Below, in pieces: positions 46,869-55,945 of a DNA stretch of 64,000 nt (within the stretch, counting starts at the first letter, position 1; each line of letters begins with the position of its first letter). The notes below the pieces were generated by a model, which did not search any database, had not been told where the DNA came from, and saw only the letters and a program-made list of their open reading frames with translations. The translations under genes and the position numbers were made by a program. This DNA comes from a virus: IMG/VR virus record IMGVR_UViG_3300030099_005838; one strand, written 5' to 3'.

Positions 46869-47065
46869 TTATGAAGAAGAAATTAGAACATGAAATAGAT
46901 TCTACAATAGTTGATTTGATAATGGAACATTATAATATACAATCTTTTAGTGGTTTGAAGGAAAACTTAACTGGTAAAGAGTTCGACAAAATAATAGAGG
47001 TTGCAAAAGAAATGTATTATATGGATATGTTGAAGAGTGTTAAACATAACATGCCACGAAGCTGA
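46865..47065 (+). CDS. hypothetical protein
   Basis: ORF track. Confidence 0.5.
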   Translation: MIMKKKLEHEIDSTIVDLIMEHYNIQSFSGLKENLTGKEFDKIIEVAKEMYYMDMLKSVKHNMPRS

Positions 47066-47135
47066 TGTATTATTTACTAAAGATAAAATGGCTTGTTGAA
47101 GATATAATTAATTTTGTATATCAGGCTCTACAACT

Positions 47136-47144
47136 ATACTTATA
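47136..47144 (+). promoter_or_regulatory. putative late-promoter variant ATACTTATA
   Basis: Intergenic, upstream of dUTPase. Confidence 0.4.
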
Positions 47145-47198
47145 TAGTAGACATTTAAAAATGAGAATTGAAAAAAATAACTTTGGGAGAAGAGAGGA

Positions 47199-47678
47199 AT
47201 GGTAAATCTTAATATAAAAATAATAGACGAGTCAGTAAGAAGATACTATGACACAAGTAAAGGTTGGTCACATGTAAGAAAAAGAAAACCTGAAGGCTAT
47301 AAAGGTGATGCCGGTTTTGATTTGTATTTTCCCGACCAACATTTAATCTGTGCTCACGAAACTGTATTGATACCATTAGGTATTGCAGGAGAGATGACAG
47401 ATGAATATGTACCAATCAGTTACTATGTTACACCAAGAAGTAGCATTTATAAAACACCAATTAGAATGGCTAACTCAATCGGTGTTATGGATAGTGGATA
47501 TCGTGGTGAGTATATGGTGCCTGTTGATAATAATTCTGATGAAGATTATATGATTAAACCTGGTGAAAGACTGTTTCAAGTGATTCATCCTTTACTAATA
47601 CCATTCACTACAAAAATAGTCGATAGACTATCAAAATCAGAAAGAGGTGAAGGTGGATTTGGGAGTACCGGTAAATGA
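47199..47678 (+). CDS. dut: trimeric dUTPase
   Basis: GDAGFDL, PRSS, GVMDSGYRGE, RLFQ and RGEGGFGSTG motifs. Confidence 0.93.
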   Translation: MVNLNIKIIDESVRRYYDTSKGWSHVRKRKPEGYKGDAGFDLYFPDQHLICAHETVLIPLGIAGEMTDEYVPISYYVTPRSSIYKTPIRMANSIGVMDSGYRGEYMVPVDNNSDEDYMIKPGERLFQVIHPLLIPFTTKIVDRLSKSERGEGGFGSTGK

Positions 47679-47843
47679 GTAATGAAGTACTTGCAATAAT
47701 CATAGCCATAATAATTATGGTGCCGACAATATTGTTTTACGAACTTATTATAGTTAGAAACTATGCTGATAAGTTTTTACCACCAACGATATTGAGTTTG
47801 TTCTCAAATGGAAACCCAAGAAACTTAGATGAGAAAAAGAAGA

Positions 47844-48089
47844 ATGGATAACCAACTACAAGAATTACTAACAATCACTATGGAAGAGTGTGGTGAATTA
47901 ATTCAAGCATGTAGTAAAGCCATACGATGTGATGATTATCATATGAATGAAAAGCTCATTGAAGAGATTGGTGATGTTATGTGTATGATTGAATTATTAC
48001 AACAATATGATTTGGTCTCTTATCAAGAAATAGATGAGAGAGTAATAGAGAAAAGAAAGAAACTAGAAAAATGGAGTAATTTAATATGA
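47844..48089 (+). CDS. MazG-like nucleotide pyrophosphohydrolase
   Basis: EECGELIQA..K...EEIGDV. Confidence 0.75.
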   Translation: MDNQLQELLTITMEECGELIQACSKAIRCDDYHMNEKLIEEIGDVMCMIELLQQYDLVSYQEIDERVIEKRKKLEKWSNLI

Positions 48090-49027
48090 ATATAGGTTAT
48101 GCTTGTATTAATATGCAATTGTCGTATCCACAAAAGTATGGTGGTAAAGAAAAAGGTGTGAAGCCAATCACTACGGGCCGTAGCATGATTAAACGAACTT
48201 TTGAGTCTAAGGGTTTAGATTATGCTAATGAACTTACTTTGGCTAATGTTATGGATTTGAACAGAATTATTGATTGGAACATACTTAATGGTTACAAATT
48301 TTTCCGTATGACATCAGGTCTTGCACCATGGAAATCGGAATACGAATGGGATGACTTGGAAGATATATCTACAATCAGAACTTACTTACGTTCTGCAGGT
48401 ATTAAATGTGAGACTCATAACGTAAGGATTACATCCCATCCTGGTCCTTTCAATGTATTGACTTCCCCACATGAACACGTTGTAGAAAATTGTATTTCCG
48501 ATTTAACCGATCATGGAGATACTTTTGATATGATGAATCTGAGTCGTACACCCTACAACAAAATTAACATTCACATTGGTGGAGCATATGGAGATAAACC
48601 AAAATCAATGGAAAGATTCTGTAAGAACTTCGAAAGGTTACCAGAATCAGTTCAGAGTAGGTTAACAGTTGAGAATGACGACAAAGCATCAATGTATTCA
48701 GTAAAGGAGTTATATGATGGAATATATAAACGTATCGGTATTCCTATTGTTTTCGATTATCATCACCACAAGTTCTGTACAGGTGACTTATCAGAAAAAC
48801 AAGCTTTGGAGTTGGCTTGTTCTACTTGGCCCAAAGGTATTACACCAGTTGTCCACTATAGCGAAAGTCGGAGTAAGGAACGACTTGACGAATCAATTAG
48901 ACCCCAAGCACATTCTGATTATGTTTACGAGTATATTGATACTTATGGTAATGATGTTGATATTATGATTGAAGCAAAACACAAAGAGTTAGCTGTTCAG
49001 AGATACAAAGAGTTACATTTAAACTAA
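48086..49027 (+). CDS. uvsE: UV damage endonuclease (UvdE/UvsE)
   Basis: NIGYACIN, FFRMTS, HPGPF, INIHIGG, LTVENDD, VFDYHHH, HSD and MIEAK.KE motifs. Confidence 0.92.
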   Translation: MNIGYACINMQLSYPQKYGGKEKGVKPITTGRSMIKRTFESKGLDYANELTLANVMDLNRIIDWNILNGYKFFRMTSGLAPWKSEYEWDDLEDISTIRTYLRSAGIKCETHNVRITSHPGPFNVLTSPHEHVVENCISDLTDHGDTFDMMNLSRTPYNKINIHIGGAYGDKPKSMERFCKNFERLPESVQSRLTVENDDKASMYSVKELYDGIYKRIGIPIVFDYHHHKFCTGDLSEKQALELACSTWPKGITPVVHYSESRSKERLDESIRPQAHSDYVYEYIDTYGNDVDIMIEAKHKELAVQRYKELHLN

Positions 49028-49045
49028 TAATTTTTCAGTTTCTTC

Positions 49046-49054
49046 ATATTTATA
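49046..49054 (+). promoter_or_regulatory. putative late-promoter motif ATATTTATA
   Basis: At the head of the internal-protein cluster. Confidence 0.5.
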
Positions 49055-49067
49055 ATTGTATAGATTT

Positions 49068-50303
49068 ATGGAGATTACTGTGACCAAAAATGAATTTAGA
49101 AATTTAGTTGTATCTGAACTGAGAGATTATTTAGAAGCTAAAATGAGTTCAGAAGAAACTAAAGTCCTACAGTTTCTAATCAAGCATGGTGCCAACCCAA
49201 AAGAAGCAGAAAAAGATGTAAAGAAACATTTCAAAAATGCTAAAAGAATTTGGAAGGGTTCTACCCCAGCAAAACTTGCAAATAAAATCTCCTTTTTGGC
49301 CGCCAACGAATCCATTACAGAATCTCACCATGATAGAAAGGAAGGTAAGATGGCTAAGTATGATGCCAAAGAAATAGCAGAAGATTCACTTGCAGTCTTC
49401 AAAATGATAGATAAAGATATGGACTTACCCGAATGGTTAGAAGCTAAGATTACAAAGTCGGCTGACTATATGAACTCAGTAAAAGACTATCTAACCCACC
49501 ATATGAAAAGTGATGATAATGAGAATCAGTCTCAAAACGAAGATATGAAAAATACCTATAATATGATGAAGTCTGTTCGTAAAGGACCTAAAGTCGGACC
49601 TTGGGATATCATTGTAAGTAAAAATAACAAAGTAGTAAAAAGAGTACTTGTAAAAAATCTAAAAGAGATACCAGCGGAAATGTCTGATTTGAGAGATAAG
49701 TACCCAAACCATGTTATCGGTATAGAATCTAAAGCAGGTAAGATAGTTTACAGAGAAGGAACCTGTGGTTATGGAGTAGATGGTAAGTTAGGTGAAGAAC
49801 CAGCAGGCCCACATTTATTAAATAAAAGAAGATTACTAAAGTCTAAGAAGTTTGATTTAGATGAGGCTTGTCAAAAAGGATATATGACACATCCAACACG
49901 TAAGACTAAGATTATGTTTGGTAAGAGATATAGGAATTGTGTTAAGAAAGAAGGAGTTGATACTACAGTTACCTTAGAACAGCTAGAACAAATTGCAGAT
50001 AATATTTGTGTAAATTGTGGCGACTTTACAAATGAAAATTTAAGAAAGTGGTTCAAACAGAAATGGGTGAATATCGGAAAGAAAAAGAAGGGTGGTGGGC
50101 ATCCACCGTGCGGTACAAGTGGAAAGAAAAGAGGATATGCTAAATGTGTACCAGCAGCAAAAGCTGCTCGTATGACTAAGAAACAAAAAGCAAGTGCTAC
50201 CCGTAGAAAAAGAGCGGCACAGAATAAAGCAAATAGAGGTGGTAAACAATCGGCTGGACAGGGTAAGAAACCGATATACGTTTCTACAAAACCGAAGAAA
50301 TAA
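49068..50303 (+). CDS. modular basic polyprotein (putative internal head protein precursor)
   Basis: Short modules separated by hydrophobic-x-E sites; C-terminal LRKWFKQKWVNIG...CVPAAKAARM module. Confidence 0.6.
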   Translation: MEITVTKNEFRNLVVSELRDYLEAKMSSEETKVLQFLIKHGANPKEAEKDVKKHFKNAKRIWKGSTPAKLANKISFLAANESITESHHDRKEGKMAKYDAKEIAEDSLAVFKMIDKDMDLPEWLEAKITKSADYMNSVKDYLTHHMKSDDNENQSQNEDMKNTYNMMKSVRKGPKVGPWDIIVSKNNKVVKRVLVKNLKEIPAEMSDLRDKYPNHVIGIESKAGKIVYREGTCGYGVDGKLGEEPAGPHLLNKRRLLKSKKFDLDEACQKGYMTHPTRKTKIMFGKRYRNCVKKEGVDTTVTLEQLEQIADNICVNCGDFTNENLRKWFKQKWVNIGKKKKGGGHPPCGTSGKKRGYAKCVPAAKAARMTKKQKASATRRKRAAQNKANRGGKQSAGQGKKPIYVSTKPKK

Positions 50304-50304
50304 A

Positions 50305-50748
50305 ATGATTAAATTAAAAGACTTATTATACGAACAAGAGGTTGATAAAGATTCATCACATAAAATACCCGATCATTTTGGTAGTGGAAAAGAGATAACC
50401 GTAAAAGGTTATAAAACTAATCATTTTGATATATGTGCATCCGCCGTTGAACTATTCACCAAATTGGATAAAGTTGAAGATGAGGAAGCAACAGAATACA
50501 TAATCGAGGCAGCTAAGGGTATGGACCATATATTTGAGATGGAAAAAGCTGTGGTGAGAAAGGAAGCATTAAATCACGACCCAATCAAGCATGGTATAGA
50601 ATTAACAAATACGGTTTCGTTTCAGTTAGGTTATGTAGCAAAAATCACAGGTGAAGATTTTATGAAGGAAACTTTATTTATACCAGCCCATATAATGGTA
50701 ATGATTGAGAGACAGGATACTATAAAAATAGAGAAAGAAAATGATTAA
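50305..50748 (+). CDS. MIKLKDLLYE-leader protein
   Basis: Shared 10-aa leader; start inferred at 50305. Confidence 0.6.
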   Translation: MIKLKDLLYEQEVDKDSSHKIPDHFGSGKEITVKGYKTNHFDICASAVELFTKLDKVEDEEATEYIIEAAKGMDHIFEMEKAVVRKEALNHDPIKHGIELTNTVSFQLGYVAKITGEDFMKETLFIPAHIMVMIERQDTIKIEKEND

Positions 50749-51244
50749 ATTAAAAAGTTTATTAGTAGAACAGCCTATCGTAGAGGAAGCCGGTGTCTTC
50801 AAAAACAAAGATGCTGATAAGTATCTAAAAGAACTTTTGGATATGTTGGGTGAGGAGACTTATAAAAGTGATAAGGAGTATGGTTGGTATGATGTTACAC
50901 TCAAAGATCCATACTATGTAAAAAAATTGGACAAGGTGTATATAATAGATGAGTCAATACCACATTCGTTTCCAGCAGACCATAGGGATTTCTGTTACTC
51001 ACAGTATACCGTACCTGAGTGGAAACCGAAGGATGGACAACATACAATAGACACTCAGTTATTTGAGGACTTTGCCAAAGTAACAGGTTCGATAATTATA
51101 GATGGGCTGAAGGGAACTGTTACGGCAAGGTGTGGTGATTTGGTGGCAAATGATGTCACAATAAATTTTGTTCTTGATGTAGTCAAAGGAAAGATTGATG
51201 CTTCAAGAGATGAGTATAAAAAGAGAATATTAGCAACGAGGTAA
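50741..51244 (+). CDS. MIKLKSLLVE-leader protein
   Basis: Shared 10-aa leader. Confidence 0.6.
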   Translation: MIKLKSLLVEQPIVEEAGVFKNKDADKYLKELLDMLGEETYKSDKEYGWYDVTLKDPYYVKKLDKVYIIDESIPHSFPADHRDFCYSQYTVPEWKPKDGQHTIDTQLFEDFAKVTGSIIIDGLKGTVTARCGDLVANDVTINFVLDVVKGKIDASRDEYKKRILATR

Positions 51245-51246
51245 TT

Positions 51247-51555
51247 ATGGATAAATATAATAAATCAGTACAACATCAATGATTCCACCATGCTACTTGG
51301 GGGGACTCCAAGTATAAAAAAGAAGGTGTGGGAAAAGTAATGTGGCATTCACTCACAGAAGATGGACAAGTAGAAGTGGTGAATATACAATTTGGAAAAA
51401 ACTTTTATGAGAATGTAAGTGTGAAACATTTAAAACCTATCAAAATGGAAGCACATGGACATCCTGCAGAAAAAGAAAAGAAGGTGAAGAAAAAGCCTAA
51501 TAATGAAGTAAAGGAAATTGTAATCAATGGAACTAAGTACCGCCCGGTTAAATGA
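51247..51555 (+). CDS. His-rich protein with in-frame TGA (51280-82): candidate selenoprotein, or pseudogene
   Basis: SD GAGGT before ATG 51247; reads MDKYNKSVQHQ*FHHATWG... in frame with track ORF 51328-51555; hairpin begins 11 nt after the TGA. Confidence 0.5.
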
Positions 51556-53158
51556 AAAATGGAGCAAGAAATACAAAAAGAGTATTGATTGTAATAACCC
51601 AAAAGGATTTAGTCAGAAAGCACATTGTGCTGGAAGAAAGAAGAAGGAGAATGTAATGAGTTCAAAGTTAGAAGAGTTGGTAGGTAAAAGACTTACAGAG
51701 GAACAGTTCGATGAAGCTGCAGGTAAGAAGGATGCTTGTTACTATAAGGTAAAGGCTCGTTACGATGTATGGCCTTCGGCATATGCAAGTGGAGCACTTG
51801 TAAAGTGTCGTAAGGTTGGTGCAAAGAATTGGGGTAATTCAAAGAAAGAAGGTGTGAATGAAGCTAGTATGGAATTAAACAAACTCAAAGACGCAATCAA
51901 AATGTTTCAAAAGAAAATTGAGAAGCAAGGTAGAGTTACTAATGCAAGAGATGAAGAACACCTATCCAACTTAATTAAACTTTACAAGCAAATGGGTGGT
52001 AAAGGTGTAAAAGAAGGTGTCAATGAACAGAGTTGGCATAAAGATTTCAAAGGATATAGTGATAAAGAACTAAAAGTTATTTCTAAATTTATTATGTTGA
52101 ATGATAAAGGTATTGATGGTGTTATCAAAATGTCTAAGAAAAAAGATTTTAAACCTTTGATAAAAAAAATGGCACAGAAAGGATTACACGAAGGTTTAGA
52201 TGATTTGAAAGCCTTACCAAAAGATTTGAAGAAAAGTATTAAAAAGAATAGGGAAGAAAATGTAAATGAAGCTAGAGACCCTATTATAGATAAGATGGAT
52301 AGAAAAACAAAAATCACCTTTTCTAAAAGTTTGAGTCCAAGACTAAATCACTTAAAAGGTAAGACACTTACAGTTGTTAAAAAAGGTATTAATCTTTTCA
52401 ACGTATTACCTGATGGAGCTAAGTATAATCCAGCAAATGTCAGAACGATAGAAGCACCAGTGCTTTTGAGAATGATGAAGAATAGAGCCATAACAAAAAT
52501 TATTGATGGTAAAGGTAAGGTTCTTCATAATGTCAAAGAAGGTGTAATCAAAGAAAATCCAGCGGCAATAGCAGCTGCACAAAGAATGGTTGTACAGAAT
52601 AAGTCAGGTAATAAGATATCTGTAAATACTGCACGTCAATCTTCTTATGCACAAAAAGACCCTTCTACTCATAAGAAAGCCAAAAGTATGTTTCAGAGAA
52701 TCAAAGATAAATTTAAAAAGAAAGAATCCGTAGATGAAGCCAGAGGAACTTGTTGGGTAGGATACCAACAAAAAGGTATGAAGGAAAAGAATGGTAGAAT
52801 GGTGCCTAATTGTGTAAAAGAAATCTATGAAATTTATTATGAAGAAAATGGAGAAGGGCACGGATACACATTTGAACATATTAAGGAAAATGATTTAAAT
52901 GAAGCTGAATACCAAGGTAGAAAGGTAAAGTTAGGAAAGATAATGCAGGGTGATGTAAAGAAGTTCAAAGTGTATGTAAAAAATCCTAAAGGTAATGTAG
53001 TTAAGGTTAACTTCGGACAAGGTGGTGGTGCTAAAGGTGGAACTATGAGAATCAGAAAATCCAATCCTAAGGCAAGAGCTAATTTTAGAGCAAGACATAA
53101 TTGTGATAACCCAGGGCCAAGACATAAGGCCAGATATTGGAGCTGTAGAAAATGGTAA
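51527..53158 (+). CDS. modular basic polyprotein (putative internal head protein precursor)
   Basis: Modules KWSKKYKKSIDC.., KKDACYYKVKARY.., CWVGY..VPNCV and EAEYQGRKVKL..YWSCRKW, separated by LNE/FDE/VNE/VDE sites. Confidence 0.65.
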   Translation: MELSTARLNEKWSKKYKKSIDCNNPKGFSQKAHCAGRKKKENVMSSKLEELVGKRLTEEQFDEAAGKKDACYYKVKARYDVWPSAYASGALVKCRKVGAKNWGNSKKEGVNEASMELNKLKDAIKMFQKKIEKQGRVTNARDEEHLSNLIKLYKQMGGKGVKEGVNEQSWHKDFKGYSDKELKVISKFIMLNDKGIDGVIKMSKKKDFKPLIKKMAQKGLHEGLDDLKALPKDLKKSIKKNREENVNEARDPIIDKMDRKTKITFSKSLSPRLNHLKGKTLTVVKKGINLFNVLPDGAKYNPANVRTIEAPVLLRMMKNRAITKIIDGKGKVLHNVKEGVIKENPAAIAAAQRMVVQNKSGNKISVNTARQSSYAQKDPSTHKKAKSMFQRIKDKFKKKESVDEARGTCWVGYQQKGMKEKNGRMVPNCVKEIYEIYYEENGEGHGYTFEHIKENDLNEAEYQGRKVKLGKIMQGDVKKFKVYVKNPKGNVVKVNFGQGGGAKGGTMRIRKSNPKARANFRARHNCDNPGPRHKARYWSCRKW

Positions 53159-53421
53159 AGTTAAAAGAATTAATCGAAGAAGAATTATTAAACGAAGCAT
53201 CTAATGTAAAAGGTAAGATGATGACTCTACTAAAAAAAGATTTTAAAATCGTACATGATGGTTTTGTCGGTAATGTAATTGACTCGCCTGATTTAACTGA
53301 TGAGGAAAAATATCAAGCATTTGGTAAGTTTAGAAAAATGATGGATACGGCTCGTTCTAATTATGTGAGTGCAGTGATGAAAGCAACTAAACCATTTGAT
53401 AAAAAATTGACTGGAAGGTAA
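53152..53421 (+). CDS. MVKLKELIEE-leader protein
   Basis: Shared leader. Confidence 0.6.
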   Translation: MVKLKELIEEELLNEASNVKGKMMTLLKKDFKIVHDGFVGNVIDSPDLTDEEKYQAFGKFRKMMDTARSNYVSAVMKATKPFDKKLTGR

Positions 53422-53894
53422 TGATTAAACTGAAAGAACTACTAAAAGAAGCACCTCAGATTAAGAAGGTAAAAAATGTTTCCGTACAATACTTTGGTGC
53501 AGAGTATGCTGGTGAGATGGCTTTCTCAGGATACTTTAGAAAGGCATGGTTGTACGAAAAAGATAATGGTGAATGGTTTGCTATAGTGATTACCAAAAAT
53601 AAGAATAGGTATCAGATTGAATTAGGCAAACACAAAAATAAATTAAGTGCGGATAAGGCAGCAGAAAAAATCATTAAAAGAAATCTTAACAAATTTGAAT
53701 CCGTAAATGAAAAGATGAATCCAAGAAGATACTCTGAGATAAAAGGACAGGCTAGGTATCTTGCTATGGAAATGAAATCTTTAAACAAAGCTATCAGAAC
53801 TCAAAATGATAAAGATTTAGTAGATAGTATAGATTACATATTAGGTAAAGCAAAAATGATGAAAGAAATTTTAACGGATAAGAGATATGATTAA
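53421..53894 (+). CDS. MIKLKELLKE-leader protein
   Basis: Shared leader; internal VNE site. Confidence 0.6.
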   Translation: MIKLKELLKEAPQIKKVKNVSVQYFGAEYAGEMAFSGYFRKAWLYEKDNGEWFAIVITKNKNRYQIELGKHKNKLSADKAAEKIIKRNLNKFESVNEKMNPRRYSEIKGQARYLAMEMKSLNKAIRTQNDKDLVDSIDYILGKAKMMKEILTDKRYD

Positions 53895-54261
53895 ACTAAA
53901 AGACTTATTATTAGAAAAGAAATTAACTGATAAAGACATCAATGTTGGTGACGCATATCATAGAAAGACGCATGTTGGTTATGTGGTTAATTTTGTATAT
54001 GGTAAAAATAGTTATGGTAGTTGGACAACAATAGAATATCAATTTAAACCACAATACGGAAACCCAGAATTTATGGGAGTAGGCTTTGGATCTGCTGAGG
54101 CTATTAATGGATGGGGTAAATGGCCAAAGGTTAAAGTTACTTCTAAAATGAAAAAGGAAATGATTAAGACTTTGCAAGATAAGAATTCAGAAGAGGTGGA
54201 TGTATTAAAAAGAAATGATTTACGATTATCCAATGTATTGAGTTGGGTTAAGAGATTATAA
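53887..54261 (+). CDS. MIKLKDLLLE-leader protein
   Basis: Shared leader. Confidence 0.6.
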   Translation: MIKLKDLLLEKKLTDKDINVGDAYHRKTHVGYVVNFVYGKNSYGSWTTIEYQFKPQYGNPEFMGVGFGSAEAINGWGKWPKVKVTSKMKKEMIKTLQDKNSEEVDVLKRNDLRLSNVLSWVKRL

Positions 54262-54285
54262 TAAAATCACAGCACGACATAGATA

Positions 54286-54525
54286 GTGGACTCAAAAATA
54301 AAGGATAAGTTAATATCCCTCAAAAGTAAAGGACCTGTAAAAGGTTTACCAGAAGATGTAGCTAAGGCCGTAGATACATTTATAAAACAAGCAATAATAG
54401 TTGGAGAGTATGAATTAGATTACCTACCACATCAGTATGTAGAAAATCTTTTGAAAACCTTATCCAAATATCCTGAGTATAATGTTTTAACGCTTCAACT
54501 AATAAACATATTAAATAGAGATTAA
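54286..54525 (+). CDS. hypothetical protein
   Basis: ORF track. Confidence 0.5.
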   Translation: MDSKIKDKLISLKSKGPVKGLPEDVAKAVDTFIKQAIIVGEYELDYLPHQYVENLLKTLSKYPEYNVLTLQLINILNRD

Positions 54526-54540
54526 ACCATAGTATATATT

Positions 54541-54549
54541 ATATTTATA
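54541..54549 (+). promoter_or_regulatory. putative late-promoter motif ATATTTATA
   Basis: Upstream of phoH. Confidence 0.5.
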
Positions 54550-54599
54550 GTTAAAGGTAGAACCTCAGTTTTTAACTATAAACATAAGGAGATATCACT

Positions 54600-55430
54600 A
54601 TGGATAAATCCAAGGTAAAGACGGTTACTCAAGTCAAGTCTAATCAACCCTGTGAAAACAAACGACAAGCTCTGTCACAAATCAAAAGAATAGATTGGAG
54701 ATCATTAGAGTTCAGAACACCTAATCAAAAAGGTTTCTATCATACTATTAGTAGAAATGATGTCACTTTTTCAGTAGGGCCAGCGGGTTGTGGTAAGACA
54801 TTTTTAGCTACACATTATGCGTTAAAAAATCTCGCAAAAGGTAAGTATGATAAGATGGTAATCACTAAACCGCTTGTGGAAGTGGATGGTGAAAAGATGG
54901 GATATTTACCTGGAGATATAGATGAAAAGACAGCACCTTACATGATGTCATTATATTATAATATGGAACAGATAATTGGTAAGCAAAGATTGGAAGTTCT
55001 GAAGAAAGCTGGTGTGGTGCAAGTGATACCATTAGCTTATATGAGAGGTTTAACATTGACTGATAGTATAGTTGTATTAGATGAGGCTCAGAATGCAACA
55101 CCTGCACAAATAAAAACTTTCATAACCCGTATTGGTAGTGGAAGTAAATACATAGTTTGTGGGGATTTAATGCAGTCTGATATTAGAAAAGAAAATGGTT
55201 TAGAAGATTCAATAAAGAGATTTACAGGAATAAGAAGAGTTGGATTCAGTCAGTTTGATTTAGAAGATGTTGTTAGGCATCCTATAGTTGCAGAACTATT
55301 AGAAAGATATCAAGATGATTATGAGTTAGGTTCATTATCTGCAGAAGAAACTCTTTCTATGTGGATACAGAAACAAACATTTGATGAACCACAGATTAAT
55401 AATAGATACTTTTACAAAATCAGGAATTAG
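54600..55430 (+). CDS. phoH: PhoH-like ATPase
   Basis: GPAGCGKT, GYLPGD, LAYMRG, DEAQN, GDLMQSD and VVRHP motifs. Confidence 0.93.
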   Translation: MDKSKVKTVTQVKSNQPCENKRQALSQIKRIDWRSLEFRTPNQKGFYHTISRNDVTFSVGPAGCGKTFLATHYALKNLAKGKYDKMVITKPLVEVDGEKMGYLPGDIDEKTAPYMMSLYYNMEQIIGKQRLEVLKKAGVVQVIPLAYMRGLTLTDSIVVLDEAQNATPAQIKTFITRIGSGSKYIVCGDLMQSDIRKENGLEDSIKRFTGIRRVGFSQFDLEDVVRHPIVAELLERYQDDYELGSLSAEETLSMWIQKQTFDEPQINNRYFYKIRN

Positions 55431-55653
55431 TATGAAAGTTATGTACGCAAAAAGAGTTCCACCTGGTGATAGGTGGAAGATAGAAAATGATGTATACGAT
55501 TCTCTCACAGAATGTTTGAATCAAATATTCTTAACCGAAGGTGTCACAACTTTTGAAGTTGATGCCGGCAAGGGAGAAATATTTATTGATGATGGTAAGG
55601 AAGCTCCTAAGCCACCACCTAAGACTTGGGACTTATACGGAGAAAAAGAATGA
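55431..55653 (+). CDS. hypothetical protein
   Basis: Likely MKVMYAKRVPPGDRW...; start approximate. Confidence 0.5.
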
Positions 55654-55889
55654 AAGATAACGTAGTATATAATAATGCAGATAATATGGTAATGGTTAAA
55701 ACTAATGGTGATGAGATTAATGTGATATGTAATACTGAAAAACAGATAGATCAAGTAGTGAAAAAATTATCTACAGATACCTGTTTATTATCTGGCTATG
55801 AAGAATGGGATAAAGGAAAAGATAAAAAATGGATTTTAAAATTTTTGGTATGTGATCCAGAGTATGAATTAATACCTGAGCTAAACTAA
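55650..55889 (+). CDS. hypothetical protein
   Basis: Likely start MKDNVV (ATGA overlap). Confidence 0.5.
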   Translation: MKDNVVYNNADNMVMVKTNGDEINVICNTEKQIDQVVKKLSTDTCLLSGYEEWDKGKDKKWILKFLVCDPEYELIPELN

Positions 55890-55904
55890 TTTTTTATCGA
55901 ACTG

Positions 55905-55913
55905 ATATTTATA
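55905..55913 (+). promoter_or_regulatory. putative late-promoter motif ATATTTATA
   Basis: At the head of the envelope-protein operon. Confidence 0.5.
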
Positions 55914-55945
55914 ATTGTAATAATGTTTCAAACAAGGAGACTAAA

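Noticed and set aside
54547-54579. AT-rich inverted repeat ATAGTTAAA/TTTAACTAT in the phoH leader
   Set aside because: A weak AT-only stem that could arise by chance in this composition.
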